A DNA stretch of 64,000 bases from an uncultured virus (IMG/VR IMGVR_UViG_3300037419_001523) (lineage: Duplodnaviria > Heunggongvirae > Uroviricota > Caudoviricetes): IMG/VR virus record IMGVR_UViG_3300037419_001523, one strand, 5' to 3'. The notes under the pieces were generated by a model that worked only from the letters and a program-made list of their open reading frames with translations, did not search any database and was not told the origin of the DNA. Position numbers and translations under genes: made by a program. The first letter of the stretch is position 1. Every line of letters begins with the position of its first letter. Positions 61,021 to 64,000 of the stretch are shown one piece after another.

Positions 61021-61485
61021 ATGTACCGACCTTTTCATTTGTTATTCTACAAAGGAAATAGTTTACTAGGAAGATTAATCAGATTATTTTCAAAGGATTA
61101 TAGTCACTGTGCTATGTTTCTTGATCATTTTCACACTTTAGAAATTGCATGGAATAATCCAAGTGTTATCAAACATTTTGATTATAAATACAAAGATTAT
61201 GACATTTACAAGTTAAATGTAAGGCTTACTGATTATCAAAAACAAATTATATTATTGTTTATAATCGAGCATATTGAAGTTGGTTATGATTGGAAATATT
61301 TATTCAGCAGAGCCTTTCATTTACTATTCGGAACTGAGGTAGTTAATTCTAAAGCGAGAATGACATGTGATGAGTTAATTTATGAAGCATTCAAACGTGT
61401 TGGGATACATCTGATTGACGAAGGAGAAATACTTACTCCTAGTGCATTAGCCAAAAGTAAGTATTTAGAAAAAGTAAAAATTTAA
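61021..61485 (+). CDS. Permuted papain-like NlpC/P60 (YiiX/YebB-like) protein
   Basis: YSHCA (His) precedes GYD and MTCDELI (Cys); TPSAL C-terminus. Confidence 0.75.
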   Translation: MYRPFHLLFYKGNSLLGRLIRLFSKDYSHCAMFLDHFHTLEIAWNNPSVIKHFDYKYKDYDIYKLNVRLTDYQKQIILLFIIEHIEVGYDWKYLFSRAFHLLFGTEVVNSKARMTCDELIYEAFKRVGIHLIDEGEILTPSALAKSKYLEKVKI

Positions 61486-61606
61486 TAAAAAACAAATTTT
61501 ATTGGAAAAAGTTTGTGAATTTGGTTTTAAGAATGTTGATATATCAACGTTTTCGAGATTGAATTTTCACAAACTTTTTCTATTTTAACATAAGGAAGGT
61601 GAATTT

Positions 61607-62770
61607 ATGGCATTTAGTAATTCATATACTTTGAATCTTGATCTCAAAAAAACGATTAGTAATAAGATACCAACCTTTGTCGCTGATGACACCGCCATAT
61701 TATATGTAAAAGTAACTGATGACGGTCAGCCGATTGACCTTTCTACCGCAACTAGATACACAGTGTCTCTTCAAAGACCGGATGGATTGGTTGTAACAGG
61801 AACCGGAGTTTACGAAAATGGACTTTTGAAATATCAATTAGGGCATAACGAGATGGCAATACAAGGCTCTCTAAGTGTAATTGTTCAATTCTATCAAAAT
61901 GGCACTAGGATTAGCGTAAAGCCTTTCACCATAAAAATTATAGGTGATTTGGTTGAAGATGTTGCTTCTTCAAGTCAATTGCCTTTACTTCAACAATTAG
62001 TGGCAGATGGTGACTACGCTGTTGCACAGGGAAATTACGCTAAATCCCAAGCTGATAATTTAGTTAATAAAGGAGATTACAGTTCAACAGTAGCGTATAA
62101 GGCTAATAACATCGTTACATACTCAGGAGTTTCTTATATGTGTCTTATAGATGCTCCAATTGGAACACTTCCTACAGATGCAACTTATTTCTCGATAATC
62201 GCACCTCAAGCAAGATTTAATTCTCAATCTTGGACTGCAACAGAAGGTCAGACTGTATTCACGATTACCAACGGAAGTTATGTAATAAATAGCAACAACA
62301 TAGAAGTTTCAGTTGGAGGAGTTCCACAACAAACTGGTGTTGGATTTACAGAAACAAATTCAACATCATTCACTCTTGCTGAAGGTGTTGTTGCAGGTAC
62401 AGTCATTATTAGTCGTTGGGTAGAAGGAGCATTCACAATATCCAAAACACACAATTTGTCACATCAACTTGGTGGTCAAGATGAGTTAGATGTTACTAAA
62501 TTAAAAAATTATCAAGAACAAATAAGTTCGCCAATTAATGTTTTATACGGTGTGAATAATTATAGGACGGATTATACCTATACAGGAAATAAAATGGCAA
62601 CTGAAACGGTTAGTGACTTGAACGGAAACGAGATAGGTAAAACAACTTATACTTATGTCAATGGTAATTTAGATACTAGTGTGTTAGTGATGAACGGACA
62701 AACAATTACCTCTAAATATACTTATGATTCCAATGGAAATATTTTGAGTATTGTAAATACCAAATCTTAA
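61607..62770 (+). CDS. BppU-like upper baseplate protein with carbohydrate-binding-like and YD-like C-terminal parts
   Basis: DTAILYVKVTDDGQPIDLS...RPDG; YSSTVAY...NIVTYSGVSY; YTY..GNL repeats. Confidence 0.7.
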   Translation: MAFSNSYTLNLDLKKTISNKIPTFVADDTAILYVKVTDDGQPIDLSTATRYTVSLQRPDGLVVTGTGVYENGLLKYQLGHNEMAIQGSLSVIVQFYQNGTRISVKPFTIKIIGDLVEDVASSSQLPLLQQLVADGDYAVAQGNYAKSQADNLVNKGDYSSTVAYKANNIVTYSGVSYMCLIDAPIGTLPTDATYFSIIAPQARFNSQSWTATEGQTVFTITNGSYVINSNNIEVSVGGVPQQTGVGFTETNSTSFTLAEGVVAGTVIISRWVEGAFTISKTHNLSHQLGGQDELDVTKLKNYQEQISSPINVLYGVNNYRTDYTYTGNKMATETVSDLNGNEIGKTTYTYVNGNLDTSVLVMNGQTITSKYTYDSNGNILSIVNTKS

Positions 62771-62788
62771 AGAAATGGAAGTGGCTAA

Positions 62789-64000
62789 ATGAGTTTGTTT
62801 AATCAAAATAATAATGCAAAAATAAATCAACTTAGTGAACAATTGGCAGATATGGCGTACAACGTAAAAAACTATGGGGCAATCGGAGACGGACTATCTC
62901 ATAAAATTAGAGATGTTTTTCCGAGCGTGACATTGGCACAAGTGCAAGCGTTAAATGCAAGTGCAACATTAGACGATGAAGCTGACTGGTACGCAATACA
63001 AACTTGTTTCAATGCATCAAAAAGTAAAGCGTATATTCCAGATGGAACGTATATGATTTCAAAACCTATAGTAGTTCCGACTTACTTAAGTATTGACTTA
63101 TTGCCTTATAAAACGAAATTAAAAGCAACGTCAGCCATTACTGTCATGATTGTGGATGATATAGGCGGAGGGGCATATGGCAACAGATATGGATATTTAA
63201 AAAACCTGACCATTGATGGAAACAACATAGCGACTACTGGCTTATACGTTGGAATCATTAACTGTAAACTATTTGAAAATATCTATGTTTCTGATTGTGT
63301 TGGAACCGGAATGATATGTGATACAAGTCAAAACAGTGTTTTTAATAATGTTACTTTAGAGAAAAACGGTGTCAACTTAAAAATGTTAAATGGTGTTGGA
63401 AACAATGTCTTTAACGGCTTATTTGTTGGATTAAGTACAAATGAAGGAGTTATTTTTGCGGAGGATTCGACTGTAAGAGGGTACTCTTACGCTATATTTC
63501 AAAATAACCCTACGAATAATTATTTCAATAAGTTTCTAATTGAAGAAGTAGCAACATTTGCCGTAAAAATCAATAAGGGCAACCAAAATACATTCATGGG
63601 ATTTGATAACGCAAAAGGTCAGGTATACATTGAGAGCGGAGCCAATAACAACCGATTTGTTAATGTGGGTTTTTCGTATAATGGAAATCCCGATCCTGCT
63701 ATTATCAACAATGGATACCAAACTGTATTTGAAAATGTTACATTTACAAGTTATCCATCAGGATTTGAAGTGGGACATATTTACAATCAAATCATCATTT
63801 CTAATATTCTGTTTGGAAACAACACTGTTTTTGTTAATAAATCAGGGCAGATTGCAACAAACATTATTAACAAAGATATATTTACATTTTCTGATACAAC
63901 CAATGATGTATATAGCCCTTATCCAAATGGTTTTGGTTACAACGCCAATAACTTCTTATTCTTTAAAGGTAAGAATAACACCACAACGCAGTTATTAACG
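62789..64000 (+). CDS. Pectate-lyase-like beta-helix tailspike (runs off the right edge)
   Basis: Absent from the ORF track because it has no stop in the window. MSLFNQ...QLADMAYNVKNYGAIGDG...DWYAIQ...AYIPDGTYMIS. Confidence 0.8.
   Translation, partial: MSLFNQNNNAKINQLSEQLADMAYNVKNYGAIGDGLSHKIRDVFPSVTLAQVQALNASATLDDEADWYAIQTCFNASKSKAYIPDGTYMISKPIVVPTYLSIDLLPYKTKLKATSAITVMIVDDIGGGAYGNRYGYLKNLTIDGNNIATTGLYVGIINCKLFENIYVSDCVGTGMICDTSQNSVFNNVTLEKNGVNLKMLNGVGNNVFNGLFVGLSTNEGVIFAEDSTVRGYSYAIFQNNPTNNYFNKFLIEEVATFAVKINKGNQNTFMGFDNAKGQVYIESGANNNRFVNVGFSYNGNPDPAIINNGYQTVFENVTFTSYPSGFEVGHIYNQIIISNILFGNNTVFVNKSGQIATNIINKDIFTFSDTTNDVYSPYPNGFGYNANNFLFFKGKNNTTTQLLT

Noticed and set aside
63603..63998. 131-aa + strand ORF
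   Set aside because: It is an alternative frame inside the tailspike gene that starts at 62789.
1..64000. tRNA or rRNA genes, IS elements, reverse transcriptase/DGR, arbitrium genes
   Set aside because: None was recognisable by eye in this window.

Overview
This AT-rich window is part of a large SPbeta-like siphophage of a Bacillaceae-type host, most likely one that persists as a plasmid prophage. No bacterial chromosomal genes or attachment junction are visible. From left to right: (1) 1-7.6 kb holds small leftward genes with near-consensus sigma-A promoters, 13 same-strand copies of CTGTTATA and a polyvalent-type protein. (2) 7.6-9.8 kb is largely non-coding and contains a parS-like site, a ~400-bp G-poor segment bounded by direct repeats (possible genome end) and a tandem winged-helix Rep-like gene beside an origin-like inverted repeat. 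(3) 9.9-17.2 kb is a leftward module: TubR, TubZ-like tubulin, iteron array, M23 peptidase, HTH, pilin-like protein, TrbL/VirB6-like membrane protein and an FtsK/SpoIIIE motor. It has sigE-like and sigF-like promoters and no relaxase or VirB4. (4) A YonO-type single-subunit RNA polymerase is split by a group I intron encoding a GIY-YIG nuclease. (5) The late region encodes PIN-PhoH, ClpP, terminase, portal, protease/scaffold, capsid, neck and tail proteins, a tyrosine recombinase, a tape measure gene split by a second group I intron, Dit, Tal, baseplate and tailspikes, with four free-standing homing-type endonucleases. The best candidate for an undescribed system is the relaxase-free FtsK/pilin/TrbL/M23/TubRZ module. 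All family assignments come from motif recognition by eye; no searches were run.
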